A DNA stretch of 64,000 bases. Origin: Eledone cirrhosa (taxonomy: Eukaryota). Location of the stretch: contig OZ024743.1 of assembly GCA_964016885.1 (NCBI GenBank), positions 318,432,001 through 318,496,000 on the forward strand, read 5' to 3'. The notes beneath the pieces were generated by a model. It ran no database searches. It was not told the origin of the DNA and worked only from the letters and a program-made list of their open reading frames with translations. Below, one piece after another: positions 1 through 12,961 of this stretch. The position numbers and the translations under genes are program-made. How positions within the stretch are numbered: the stretch's first letter is position 1; every line of letters begins with the position of its first letter.

Positions 1-83
1 AAATGTTCCAAATACACATTTAAGTAGTAGTACAGGTGTCATGCTAAAATGCACACAGAATTTTTTTCATAATGGTAATGTTG

Positions 84-390
84 GTGACTTGGTAAAATGT
101 TTCCTGTCTGCTCTGTAAAGTTGTAGTGCTGGTGCCATTATAAAATATTCCCAGAATACCCTGTAAACGAGTAGTACTGGTGTCACAATAAAAGGTTCCC
201 AATCCACTCTGTAAAGTGGTAATGTTAATGCCATGATAAAATATTCCCAGTAAACCCAGTAAAGTGGTAGTGGTCATGATAGAATGTTCCCAGCCTACTT
301 TGTTAAGTGGTTGTACTGGTGCCATAATATAATGCTCCCAGGAAACTCTGTTAATTGGTATTTCTGGTGACATGGTAAAATGTTTTCAGT
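84..390 (+). repeat. Degenerate ~47-bp tandem array (SINE-internal unit)
   Basis: Recurring ctgtaaagtggtagtgctggtgccatgataaaa...ccag units. Confidence 0.8.
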
Positions 391-551
391 ATACACAATA
401 ATAATAATGTATACTGAATTAATGTTCACTGTAGTAAACATTAACTATAACTAAAATATTCACATTATAGATTTGAGAATCGTTTTATATGGTGAGATTG
501 TTTGACAAGCTCTCTAATTTCTTACTAATATCATTTATTTTTGAAGATATT

Positions 552-678
552 ATGATGAAGCTCCGTCGCCAATCTTCCCTGAAATTCTGGAATGAGTTAT
601 CAGATTTGGGCAAGTCAAGTGATAAAGAAACACTTGATGTAAAAGCAAAGGGGAGTGATGTTCTCAAAGACAAAAATG
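552..678 (+). CDS. TTLL3: TTLL3/8-like glycylase, coding exon 1 (putative start; MMKLRRQSSLKFW...KDKN)
   Basis: Acceptor ttgaag ends at 546, ATG at 552, donor gt at 679. Phase 1 joins exon 2 in frame. The N-terminus is poorly conserved, so the true start may lie upstream. Confidence 0.65.
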
Positions 679-789
679 GTAAAAACATTTGAACATTATA
701 ATTATGTTTTGCTTTTAGTTTATCAATCGATTATAAATATATAAGGTAGAGAGAACTTTTCAGTCTAACTGAGTAGATGTTAACCTCTC

Positions 790-1720
790 TAGTGCTGGTG
801 CCATGATAAAATGCTTGCACTACATTTTGTAAAGTGGTGGTACAAGTGTCATGATAAAATGTTCTCAGTACACTCTGTAAAGTGGTAGTGCTGGTGTCAC
901 AAACTACTCCCAGAACATTCTGTAAAGTGGTAGTGCTGGTGCCATGATAAAACACACCCAGTACACTCTGCAATGTGATAGTGCTAGTGCTATGATTAAA
1001 TGTTCTCTGTAGACTCTGTAAAGTGGCAGTGCTGGTGTCAGAATAGAATGTTCCCAGACAACTCTGTGAAGTTAGTGCTGGTTCCACTATAAAAGGAACA
1101 CAGTATAATCTGTAAAGTGGTAATGCAGGTAGCATGATAATATGTTCCCAGTACACCCTGTAAAGTTGTAGTGCTGGTGCTACAATAAAATGTGTTCATA
1201 GTACATTCTGTAGAGTGATAGTGGTGGTTTCACAAACTGCACCCAGAACATTCTGTAAAGTGGTAGTGTTGGTGCCATGATAAAATGTTCGCAGTACACT
1301 CTGTTAAGAGGTACTCCTGATTCCACAATTAAATATTCTTAGTACATTCTGTAAAGTGGTGGTGCTGGTGCCACAATAAAATGCACCCCAGAACATTCTG
1401 TAAAATGGTAGTTCAGGTGCCATGATAAAGTATTCGCAGTACACTCTGTAAAATGGTAGTATAGGTGCCATGATAAAATGTTCCTAGTACACTCAGTAAA
1501 GTGGTAATGCTGGCGTCGCAATAAAATCTTCCCTGCCCACTCTGTAAAGTGGTAATGCTATGATAAAATGCTCCCAGTACACTCTGTAAAATGGTAGTGC
1601 TAGTGTCACAATAACATTTAACCAGTACACACTGTAAAGTGGTTGGCACTAGGAATGGCATGCAGCTGGAGAAACCATGCTAAAATATTTAACATATGAG
1701 CAAGATGTTAAATGATGCCA
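790..1720 (+). repeat. Expanded ~47-bp tandem array ending in a SINE 3' module
   Basis: About 18 degenerate units, followed by ggttggcactaggaatggcatgcagc and a gatg-type tail. Confidence 0.85.
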
Positions 1721-1914
1721 ATTATAATGATGAATAGACTTAATAAGTCCATTGACTAAATGCTGATATGAATTGATAAGAAGCACTCTACCCTATCATC
1801 AAGTTTTTTTGTTATGTTAGGTTCACCGTCAGACCATCAACCAGAAATCTTCCAACTAAAATTGTTGATTCAGTTGACATCCTAAAATTATTGATTTCTT
1901 TTTTTCTATTGCAG

Positions 1915-2027
1915 CTTCCAAAGGCTCTCACCGGCTTCTTAAATTGTGCAAGTTAACAAAATTAATGCCAAGTATAAATACATACAAGCTTCAAATTGCT
2001 CGTGAAAAAACAGAGCATGCTATAAAG
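1915..2027 (+). CDS. TTLL3: TTLL3-like exon 2 (...YKLQIAREKTEHAIK)
   Basis: Polypyrimidine tract plus gcag acceptor and gt donor. Matches the TTLL3 segment just before IFxIQG. Confidence 0.85.
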
Positions 2028-2512
2028 GTTGTGTTCTATTATCTTTTACTAGTTGTAGCCCGGTTTTCCTTAGGACATTTAGAGACACATACACGTTTTT
2101 TCCATACTTGTTGACAGACTTGTCCTTAAAATTCCTGTGTTTTCAATCAAAACTTGTTAATTACTATGGTGGCAACACTTTCTACCTAGCTGTCTTTCAC
2201 GCAATCTTTCTCTCTCACTGTATTTCTCTCTCAGCAACAACAACAACCTTTTTATTTTTCTTGAAACAAATTTTAATTCTATCTTTCATGCATACTCTCT
2301 CCTTCACTGTATTTCTTTTTCAACAACAACAACCTGTCATTATAGTGACAGTCTTTTTTAAAGTCTGTGTTATGTTTTCTATATGTTGAAGGGCATACAG
2401 AAACACACACACACACACACACAAACAACCCGCCTAAATCTGTATGTATTATATATATAAACATATGTGTTGGACAGACAGATAGAGAAACAGCTCTTCT
2501 TTTATAATACAA

Positions 2513-2938
2513 ATGTTTATATACTTGGTAAACACCCACAAAATTATTAACCATCTTGCCAACAACAACCCTGAGCACCTTTTTGAATTCCATGTATCTA
2601 ACACACGTGGGCATGCCTACAAAGTCAGAAAACAGCACAGCTCCCATGACTTTTGGAAACATTTTTTCACGCTCAGAATTGCTGAAGCATGGAACAAACC
2701 ACTTGCATCAATTGTTAGCTGCCGAGACACTGCATCCTTTAAAACCTCCATGCTTCCTGAAATTCGCCAACACTACACCTGATATCCCCCCTCCATACAT
2801 ATACGCACACACATGTATATCATGACTCATACACTGTTCTCTTTCCTGACATTTGTACATTATTCTATGTACTATACATGCACCTTTGATGAGTTGTAGT
2901 GCACCTGAGCACTGTACACAATAATTTCATTATTATTA
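2513..2938 (+). mobile_element. CR1/L2-like LINE 3' end
   Basis: TRGHAYK...FFTLRIAEAWN.L C-terminal RT-ORF motif, 3' UTR and (ATT)n tail. Homologous to 12962..13650. Confidence 0.85.
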
Positions 2939-3899
2939 TACCCTGTGTGTACCCAGCTTTCCCTCTAATGTTTTTCAACCACTGAGCAAGATGTTTGGTG
3001 CTTTGACTATAAATGTTTTGAATTCAAAGCTAATGTGTTGCAACAAATCTAAGCTACAGAACAGCAACATTTTGATGTGTGCAGCATCAATGTATGAACT
3101 ATGAGGTCACAAATCCATGCAGCTTTGAAGGAATACTGGCCACAGGGGTACATTGTAAGAACAGACTAAAAAAGTTGGTGACAGGAAGGGCATCCATCCA
3201 TAAAACAGTGCCTAAAAATGGCAGTTATTAGAGCTTAGGACCAAATGCCTTGCACTATATGTTCTGACTCTCTGTTCTTTGAGTTCAAATCTCCCTGAGG
3301 TCAACTTTGCCTTTCATTCTTTCAGACCCAATGAACCAGTACTTATTTTTTCAACTCTGGTACTTATTGTAATCATCTGTTTTTGTTGAACTGCTAAGGA
3401 GCAGACTATAAACAGATACACAGATATATGAATATGGACACACACAACACATACATATACACACACATTCACACTCATATACTCACACACATATATGTAT
3501 GTATCCCGTTTAGAATAGGTACACCATATTCTTGCATGTTGTAAGAAGCAACTAAAATGGTTGTTGTCAGGAAGGGTGTCCAACTGTAACATGTTGCCTC
3601 AAAAAGTCCCATCCAACCCATGCCAGCATGGAAAAGTTGAATCAGGCTGGTGCTTATACCCGGTTTCCTTGGCATTAAGCAACTGAGAGTACAAGACTCT
3701 CCCTGGATAGGACACCTGTCTATCACAGGATTAACTTCCCATCTACTGCTGGTATTCACTCACAGCTGAGTGTACTGGAGCAATGTGAAATAAAGTGTTT
3801 TGCTCAAGAACACAACACAGTACTCTGTCCAGTAATCGAATCGATGATACAATTGCATGGCAAGCATCCTAACCATTAGGTCACGTGCATGATCATTAT

Positions 3900-4889
3900 C
3901 ACCGTTTAACCCCCACCCCCAATTCCGTTTTTGAAAAAGAAGGCGATTGCAAGCATATCGGATGTCAGATTAGTTGAAAACACATGGAAAAACCTTAGGA
4001 AGAAAATTTACGTCACAATCTCCAGTGGGTGCTTTTCTATAAATTTAAATGGTTAAGAGGTGCTTATCTGTAACTCTGAAGGTGCCCCTCACCCCTGTTT
4101 TTGGAAAAAGGAGTCATTGGTGAGGGAGTTAGATGTCAGATAGGTCAAAATCAAATGAAAAAATCTAGAAAAGAAAAAAATTCTCACAGAAGAAATCTCC
4201 AAGGCTGGGAAAATCTGAGGGTCACCCCCTTGCCCACCTCTCTGCTGTTAACCATATTGGAAGTTGGACATATTGTCGGACATATTTCATTTTTGTAGCG
4301 CAAACATGGCAGCATTGGAAACATTGTTGATTTATTTACAGACAAACTTTATAGCTCCCCTCCCCTCATTCCGTTTTCGGAAAAAAGGCAATTGCAAATA
4401 TGTTGGAGGTTAGAATAGTTGAAAAAACATGAAAAACCTAAGAAAAAATATTTCTTTGCAATCTCCAGTGGGTGCTTTTCTATAAATTCAAACGACTGAG
4501 AGATGCTTATCTATAAAACCAAGGGCTCTCTCCCTCCCTGCCTTCATTTTTGGAAAAAGTCGTTAGCGAGTCAGATGTCAGATCAAGCGACAACAAACGA
4601 AAACACCTAGAAACGTTTTAGTTAGTTAGAAAGGGAGGTGGAGTAGTATTTCTCTCTCTCTATATAGATAGCATGACGAATGAACAGACTACCTGTGTGC
4701 TAGAAAGAGCAGTGAATTCTCCCCTAACTCGCACCTGCTATTCCGTTTTTGGAAAATAAGTCGATAGTGAGCAAGCTGGAGGTCAGATTAATTAAAAACA
4801 TGTGGAAAACCTTAATTTTTATCAATTTTATTTATTGTTAGTGGTCAATGTACAAACAAACGGACTTTTTTTTATAAGTATTATAGATA
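3900..4889 (-). mobile_element. Non-autonomous Helitron-like element with internal degenerate repeats
   Basis: About 5 copies of cccc...ttccgttttggaaaa...gtcagattag. Ends in ttatagat like the other Helitron 5' termini in the window. Confidence 0.45.
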
Positions 4890-5239
4890 TGTGTGTGTGT
4901 GTGTATATATATACATATATATATGTATATATATTATCATCATCATCATCGTTTAACGTCCATCTTCTATGCTAGCATGGGTTAGACGGTTTTGTTCCAT
5001 TTGATGCGAGAATGGTCGAGAGACCATGTCTCACTCGCACGGAAGCATCCCTGGCAGGTTTGTTTTACAGCTGGATGCCCTTTCTAACACCAACCACATT
5101 TACAGTGTGGACTGGGAGCCTTTTCACCATGTTTCCTACACGGCCACCTTACAGTGTGGACTGTTGTGTCATCGACACAGTGGACGGAACGGGAGAAGGA
5201 GGATGGGGTAGGGTGTGGTGTTTGGGTGTACATTGAGTT

Positions 5240-6556
5240 AAGAGGTGCCTACTGACTGTAGGTTTATATGCAATGGCAGTTGGGTCTTCTGTACAACTGC
5301 ATGGCACCAAAGGTCTCGATCCAGTGTCATTGTCTTAGAGAGGTGTAGGTGGGCAAGGTAAATTTTATCACCTCGTCCCAGGTTTTTCTGTGTCTACCCA
5401 CTCCGCAGCTTCCATCAATTTTCATTGCCCTGCACTTTTTTATACAGCTTTCGTCCTTCATACGCATCACATGTCCATACCAATGCAATCTCCTCTCCAG
5501 AACATAACATTTGATACCTCTTATACTTAGTCTCTCTCTTAATTCATTTATACTTCGCCTTTCACGCACATTACTATTACTCATCCATCGGAGCATGTAA
5601 GCTTCATTTCTTTCTAATCTATGCAGGTCTTCAGCACACAATGCCCAGGTCTCACTACCATGTAATATCGCTGTTTGTATACATGCATCATACAATCTGC
5701 CTTTCATTTTTAGAGAAAAACCCCTTGTGGCCAACAGCGGTATTAGCTCTCTGAACTTTTTTCATCCCATTCTAACTCAAGCTACTACACTTTCAGAGCA
5801 CCCTCCTCCACTGCTGATTTTGTCACAGAGGTAACAGAAGGTGTCTACTATTTCTATAGAACCATCTGGGCAGTTGAAGGAGATATCATCCAGTGGGTCC
5901 TTGCTACTTACTGCACCTGAGCATTGGCCACATATAAAATCTACATTCTTAGATAGCTTACCTCAGATCCCACTACATGGAGTTTCTGCCTACTCCTTTC
6001 TTACACACTGAGCATGGCCATTTCCCAGAGGGTACCTGTGCCCTATTCTCCTTTCTACATACTAGAATCTTAGTCTTAGACAAGTTGACTCTAAGGCCTT
6101 TTGATTCAAGGCCATGCTTCCATGTTTGAAACTTCCTCTCTAGTTCAGCCATGGATTCAGCTATGAGAGTTAGAGGATCTGCATATAGAAGTTCCCATGG
6201 GCAGCCAGTCTTAAACCCCTCTGTTATAGCCTGTAGGACAATAATAAACAGGGGTGGGTGGAGGGTGCTAAGAACCCTGTTGAACTGCTACTATTACGCT
6301 AAATTCATCACTATATTCTTCGTTAATTCTAACCTTGCTGACTGTTCCTCTATACATGGCTTATATAGCTCTCACAAGCCATTCTTTCACTCCTTGTTTT
6401 CTAAGAGCCCACCAGATTAAGGTGCATGGGACTCTGTCAAAGGCCTTCTCCAGGTCAACAAAAGCTAAGTAGGGGGGGGGGTTACTGTTAGCTAGGTACT
6501 TCTCTATTAATTGCCGTACAAGGAAAAGAGCATCCGTGGTACTTTTACCTGGCACA
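5240..6556 (-). mobile_element. RTE-clade LINE fragment (RT and C-terminus, decayed)
   Basis: FVDLEKAFD, LLYAD-like and LYDAC..HGSETW...RRLxWYGHVMR motifs. Confidence 0.9.
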
Positions 6557-6557
6557 T

Positions 6558-6935
6558 ATCATCATCATCATCATCATCAACGTTTAACGTCCGTGTTCCA
6601 CGCTTGCATGGGTTTGGACGGGGGTAGTCCCACTTGAGGCAAGAGTGATTTTCTTGCTCGCATAGGACTGTCTGGCAGGTTTTCTACAGTTGGATGCCCT
6701 TCCTAACACCAACCACATTTACAGTGTGGGTCTGGGAGGTTTTTACCGTGTTGCCTACACGGCCACATTACAGCGTGGACTGTGTGTTTTTTTGTCGTGA
6801 CACCTACACGATCTCATTTGTTTCGGCCTGGATGGCGCGGCACCAACATAACTTTACATAGAAGGGGGCGGTGTGGATGGGGTGGGGGTGGTGGTGGTGG
6901 GACGGGGTGTATTTTGTTAGAGATGCCTACTGGCA
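6558..6935 (-). mobile_element. Young SINE with RTE-type tail
   Basis: (GAT)n tail and ggttggtgttaggaagggcatcc module. Near-identical reverse complement of 53581..53957. Confidence 0.85.
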
Positions 6936-6989
6936 AGGCGGGTCTTCTCTATTACTGAGTACCGCCAAAGGTCATATATATATATATTG

Positions 6990-7735
6990 GATAGCAGGCA
7001 AACTAACAAGGTACGGAAAACTATGTGTGCAGTAGATGTACAGGCAAAGTTGGCAGTAGTAATCGCAGTGATAGACACATTTTTCAATGCAGGTGGGGGT
7101 TTATAGAAGTGGTTGATAGCTTCCGGTACCTAGGTGATCAGATTAGTATGGGAAGGGGGGGGGGGGGTGTTCCGAGGCCATAGTATCTAGAATAAGGACG
7201 GGTTGGAAGAAGTTTAGGGAGCTGCTTTCTTTGTTGACAAAGAAGGGTTTCTCCCTGCGTACAAAAGGACGGTTATATGATGCCTGTGTGAGATGTGCGA
7301 TGCTGCATTGTAGTGAGACATGGGCAGCAACTGCAGAGGATATGCAACAGCTGGAGAGAAATGAAGCAAGTATGCTCCGTTGGATGTGCAATGTCAATGT
7401 GCATGAACGACCAAGCATAGACGAGTTGAGAAAGAAACTGGGTATAAGAGGGATAAGTTGTGGTGTGCAGGAAAGAAGGCTGAGATTGTATGGACATGTG
7501 ATGCACATGGAGGATGACTGCTGGGTAAAGAAGTGCCAAGAAATCCCAGTAGAAGGAAGACACAGTAGAGGTAGACCATGAAAAACATGGGCGGAGGTGG
7601 TGAGAGCAGATCTCAGATCGCTGAAACTCACCGAGGAGATGACAAAGGACCGTGACAAGTGGAGAGATGCTGTTCTGAATAGGACCCGTCCAACCCTTGC
7701 AAACAGGGAAAAGCGGACGTAAAATGATGATGATA
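6990..7735 (+). mobile_element. RTE LINE 3' fragment
   Basis: ORF C-terminus GRLYDACVR...YGHV...GRP, ending gcggacgtaaaatgatgatgat. Confidence 0.9.
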
Positions 7736-7771
7736 TATATATATTAAGAACAAAATGAGGTTTTACATTGA

Positions 7772-7820
<49 letters not shown>

Positions 7821-7880
7821 CTTTTTCATAATTTAACATATTTGTACTTAATTCATGTTATATGTTCTTAATTATTTCAG

Positions 7881-8067
7881 ATGAACCAAATATTTTCTAT
7901 TCAAGGAGGTTATACCTCCTTAAGGAATAGTCTTCGCCAACGAGGTTGGGTGGAGAATTATTTTCATGTGACAAAAATTTCTAAGCAGCCTGCCATTCCT
8001 GTAAAATCTGGTAGTGTTGATGACAATAATGATGCTTCTGGTGATGATGTGGATTCTGTTACAGAAG
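7881..8067 (+). CDS. TTLL3: TTLL3-like exon 3 (MNQIFSIQGGYTSLRNSLRQRGWVE...)
   Basis: tttcag/gt boundaries. IFxIQGxY...LRxRGWVE is typical of TTLL3/8. Confidence 0.92.
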
Positions 8068-8964
8068 GTATCTTATTGTTAATTTTTCACACTTCTACAT
8101 AATATTTATTATTATCATCATCATTTTATGTCAGATTTTCTACACTTTGCATAGGTTGGATGGGCCTTTTTCAAGCACAGCATCTCTCCACTCATCGCAT
8201 TTCTTTGTCATCACCTCTGTGAGTCTCAGCAATTTGAGATCAGCTCTCACTAACTCTTCCTAGGTCTTCCTTGGCCTTCTTCTATTGTAGCTTCCTTCCA
8301 CTGGGATTTCCTGACACTTCTTCACCCAGCAATCATCATCCATGCATATCATATGTCCATACTAATGCAGTCTCCTCTCTTGCACATTTCTTCGAATTTA
8401 TCTTAAATCCAGTTTTTCTCTCAGTTCATCCAAGCTCTACCTTTCTCTCACATTTACATTGAACATCCAATGAAGTATGGCTGCTTTATTTCTCTCCTGC
8501 CTACACATGTCCTCTGCAGTCACTGCCCAGATATTTTCATTTCTCTCCAGCCTACACAAGTCTTCTTCAGTCATTGCCCTGATATTTTATGATATTTTTT
8601 ATTTGAAACTAAAAGTAGTGTTAACTCTCATTACTGAATGGTCTGAAATCAGACTACAGAACTGTTTGTTTTAAAATGTTTATATTTATCTAATAACCTT
8701 CAATACAAATTTTATTTTAGAATATTCATTAGGTATTGTTTTGTTGGGCCTAGTGGTTAGGGCGTTGGACTTATTATCATCTTTCTCAAGAATACACTGC
8801 ACCACCTGGTCTTGGGTTCAATTCCAAGACCAGGTGGTGCAGTGTATTCTTGAGAAAGATGCTTTATTTCATGTTACTTTTTGTGTTAAGACTGTACCCT
8901 ATCATATGAGGCCTACATTGGTGTGAGCTGTAACAAGATTAACACAAAGGCCTCCTCCTCCTCC

Positions 8965-10672
8965 TACTTATTTCTGGGAGGGTGGGGATGGCAAAGTTCT
9001 GAAACACTCCTTCCAGTGAGTCTTGTCAGAATCAGATGTCTCCAAATGATCCAGCTGGATCCACAAGTTAGTCCAGCCAAGTTCATAGCTGATATCCAAC
9101 CATCTTACTGGTCTCATGAGTCTCTTGCTGGCAGGTTTTACCCATAGAATCTGTCCAGTGATTCTTTCCTGAGACGTTCTAACCATATGCCTGTAATATC
9201 AGAACAGTGATCTCTTAATTTGGAGAAGTAGCGGCTCTACCTGGAGACTCTCTGATCTCTGAGCTATGCACTCTGTGGCTTGTATTCATGATTGTATTCT
9301 TTTGGTAATGACCATAGGTAAGGGTTGGCATGAATACCGAAACTTTTACACTTCTGATTAATGAATGCTGAAGCTGGTGCATTAATGTACCAGCTCTTAC
9401 AATTCTTGCACTTAATTCAGCATCCTGCCTTCTATCACTCATAAACACAGCTCTGAGATACTTGAACTTCTCCACCTGCTTCAGTGGAACTTCACTCACA
9501 TGTAGAGTGTACTGTGCAGGCCTCCTTGAGAGGATGTGTGTCTCAGTTTTTGCAGTGCTGATTTTTATTCCAGCCATTCAGCACTCGGCATCAAACATAT
9601 CAAGTGTATATCGGTGATCACCTATTAAGTAATACCATGTTGTCTGCAAATTCCAACTGACTGATCCTACACCTACCAGTTGTGATGCCACTTCCAACCT
9701 GACTGCACTTGCAAATCCTGTTCAGGAAGATTATGAACAGGAGAGGTGAGAGTACGCACCCTTGGTGGAGTTCGACTCTCACATTGAATGGTTTCAATTT
9801 AGTACTATCGATCCAAACACAAATACTTCTTGCACTTGCGGTACAAGCAGGGGTAAAAAGTTGCAGCAGAAACAGTAAAGACACCCAGAATTAAGCCATG
9901 GGAGGTCTTTTGGGTTAAGTTGGAATCTGACTTTAGCTCAGCAAATAAAGTGTTCTGGCAGAACATCTGCTTTCAGGAACGCATCTAGGGTACTTCTCTC
10001 TTCAGAGAGGTGCATTCTCATGATGTGAAGAGAATACATTGCTGATCTCCTAAACCTGATCACAACAAACTTTTCTGATGTACCTCATGTGCATCTGGGA
10101 GAAATGATTAATCTCTCAAATAAGGTTTAGAAGAGGAATTAAAAAGCTCAAATGTGGCAAAGCTTCTGAGGATGATGAAATTCAGCCTGAAATATTAAAA
10201 GCTTTATATAGAGAAGGTATTCTCTGGGTAACTCATGTGTGCTGGATGGACTGGATTTCTGGAAAGGAAACAATGGCAATTGGGAATGATAATCCCAATT
10301 TTCAAAAAGGGAGACAACAGAGCATGCTCCAATTATAAAGGGATCTTGTTATGCCTCCTCAGTAAAGTCTAAGCTAAGTGTCTGGCAAAGAGATATAGGG
10401 AGATTGTAAAGTCAAAGCTGGCTGATAAACAGTGTGGTTTTCACCCCGCATGCAGCACAGTTCATCAAATATTCACACTGCAGTAGGTCTTTGAGAAATC
10501 GTTGGAGTACTGCCAAAAGGTGTATGCTTGCTTCGTAGACCTCGAAAATGCATATATCCATGTTCGATGGGAGTCTCTGCAGGAGTATGCGATTGATGGA
10601 CAGTTTCTTGTTGCCCTGATGTCCCAATACAAATGCCCCAGTATTTGTGTTCAGATAAGTGGCACACAAAGT
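8965..10672. mobile_element. RTE-like LINE with inverted 5' part (3' half on -, 8965..9830; 5' half on +, 9880..10672)
   Basis: QGCVLSP/FADN on the minus strand and FVDLENAY on the plus strand. Both halves meet at the same SICV protein position. Confidence 0.7.
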
Positions 10673-10823
10673 CCTCTATCCTTAAAATACCTGAGAAACT
10701 TCTCATGATATGCAACCTCTTTGGAGGCCAGCTAAGCCTACACAGGTGTGAGCTGTAAATTACCTTTTTTATTTCAATATAATCTATGAGTTTTCATCAA
10801 TTCTATATCTTCAAATCCACAAT

Positions 10824-11012
10824 TACGAGGTTTGGTTGAAAAGTTTATAGTGTGACTACGAAGGAGTGATGCTAAAGCTGTGAAATCTTGCTTGCATTAA
10901 ATTCAGCCCTTCTTACTAATAGCTGCATTGTTTTTTTCCAGGGACTATGTTGAAAAATAAACCTCATTTGGTCATTCCACAAGAGTATCATGGTCCACCT
11001 ATGAACTTTTCA
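10824..11012. mobile_element. Mariner-like MITE
   Basis: tacgaggtttggttgaaaagtt ... gaacttttca termini. Reverse copy at 42573..42773. Confidence 0.6.
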
Positions 11013-11099
11013 TATAATAAAAATATTTATTTGTAAATTTTATTGTTGAAAAGTTGATTTGAAAATTATTGGATTTTACTTTTGTTTTTTGTTTTTTAG

Positions 11100-11137
11100 A
11101 TGTTGCTAAGGAAGATGATGGATTTTATCAATTAATG
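11100..11137 (+). CDS. TTLL3: TTLL3-like exon 4 (DVAKEDDGFYQLM)
   Basis: ttttag/gtaaac boundaries. Phase 1 to 0 links exons 3 and 5. Confidence 0.82.
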
Positions 11138-11851
11138 GTAAACATTAAAGAGCAATTTCTACTGCATCTCTAATGGATTTCAACTATTTTAATGTTACAA
11201 TGAATGAGTATATTATAATAGTTGTACTGCATTATTTTGTCTGCTTGTCACACACATAGTAACAAACATGCACACACACACTACAAGCTGACAAAATCAT
11301 TCTAAAATGTACTCATCCTCATCATGAGGTCCTTTTCAAGTCAAGGATTCTATAAAGGGAATTTATCATCATCACCACCATTTAATGTCTGCTTTCCCAG
11401 ACAGCAAGGGTTGGACATAGACTGAGTTAGAACTGAAACCGGGCTACTGACCTCCCAGACAGGATGGGGGTCAGCATCTTGCTTACATTCAATCCCATAT
11501 ATAAAATGTATGAGCAGGTGAGGTCATCCCAACTCTTCAGGTGTTGGACCATGACAATTTATCCAATTCATGCCAGCATGATGATGATGATGATGATGAT
11601 GATGATGCTATACAATGGGTTTCCACACAGTCTATGTCTACCAAATTCCATTCACAAAGCATTGGTCAACGTGTGACTATAGTAAAAAAAAACACTTGGC
11701 CAAGTTGCCATCCAGTTATACTGAACACAAAGCCACATGTTTGTCAAGCGAACTCTTTAACCACATGATCATATTTAGAAAACAATAAAGTACTCTAACT
11801 CTAATCATTGTAGAAATTATTGAGATATCATCAGCCTTTATCTTATTTCAG

Positions 11852-11980
11852 GCCAGAATGGTTAAGAATGTGCAGCCAACTTTAATTTGGGTTTTGCATA
11901 GAGATTTCGTGGATCATCGCCAATTAAGGAAGAACCAAATCGTTAACCATTTTCTGCATTCCGGTGTATTTACAACAAAA
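11852..11980 (+). CDS. TTLL3: TTLL3-like exon 5 (ARMVKNVQPTLIW...QIVNHF...FTTK)
   Basis: tttcag/gtaagc boundaries. NHF...FTTK motif of TTL-family ligases. Confidence 0.93.
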
Positions 11981-12695
11981 GTAAGCATAACCAACCTTCT
12001 AAAGTCTATCTATCATATTAAAGCTGTTGTACATGTTTTGTAAAACACCTGTCACCCTGAAAAGGGATGGTATGAATGTGTGTGTGTGTGGGGCATATGT
12101 GTGTAATAGAGAGAGAGTAGTAGTAGTGGTAATGCTAAAAAATGTTTTTTAATCCTATGCTGTAACAAATTTTTATGGAAAGGAGATGGAAAGAGAGAGT
12201 GTGTGTGAGAAAGAGAGAGAGAGAGAATGGAGTTGGTGGTGGTAGTGACAATGCCAAAAAATGTTTTTCAATCCCATGCTGTAACAAATCTTTATGGAAA
12301 GGAAATGGTAAGAGAGTGTGTGTGAGAGAGAAAATGGCATTGATGGTGGTAGTGGCTATGCTGAATATTTTTTTTCTTTTTTAAATCCAGGATGATTATA
12401 TTTGTGTGTGTATAAATAATTTCATAAATAAAACATTGAAAATGTCATAGAGATCTTTAATATTTAGTGGTTGTATCTAATTAAATTATGGAATTTTAAC
12501 AGGATCAGCTAGTATATTATAAAAACTGTACAGCAGTTTTTGTCTGTCTGTCAGACAAACACTATGGTGTGCCAGAAATATTCTAAATTTCTAAAAAATT
12601 TAGAATTCATAAAACACAATTCTAAGAGAAAAGGGTGTAGGTGGGTTACTAAAGCATTTGCTGCCAACAGTGTTGTAAATCTGTCTCCCTCTCTT

Positions 12696-12800
<105 letters not shown>

Positions 12801-12961
12801 TAGACCACCCAGAATTCGTTGGGTCATGTTCACTTCAAAATATAAAAAAAAAATCATGTTCACTTAAAAATAATTTTTAAATAATTAAAATATACACAGA
12901 CATGTATATAATGTGAAATGAAACTGGAAGGCTCATATATATACGTGTGTGTATGAATATG

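Noticed and set aside
84-1670. CRISPR-like regularly spaced repeats
   Set aside because: The units are contiguous and degenerate with no unique spacers. There are no cas genes, the context is eukaryotic, and the unit is part of a SINE.
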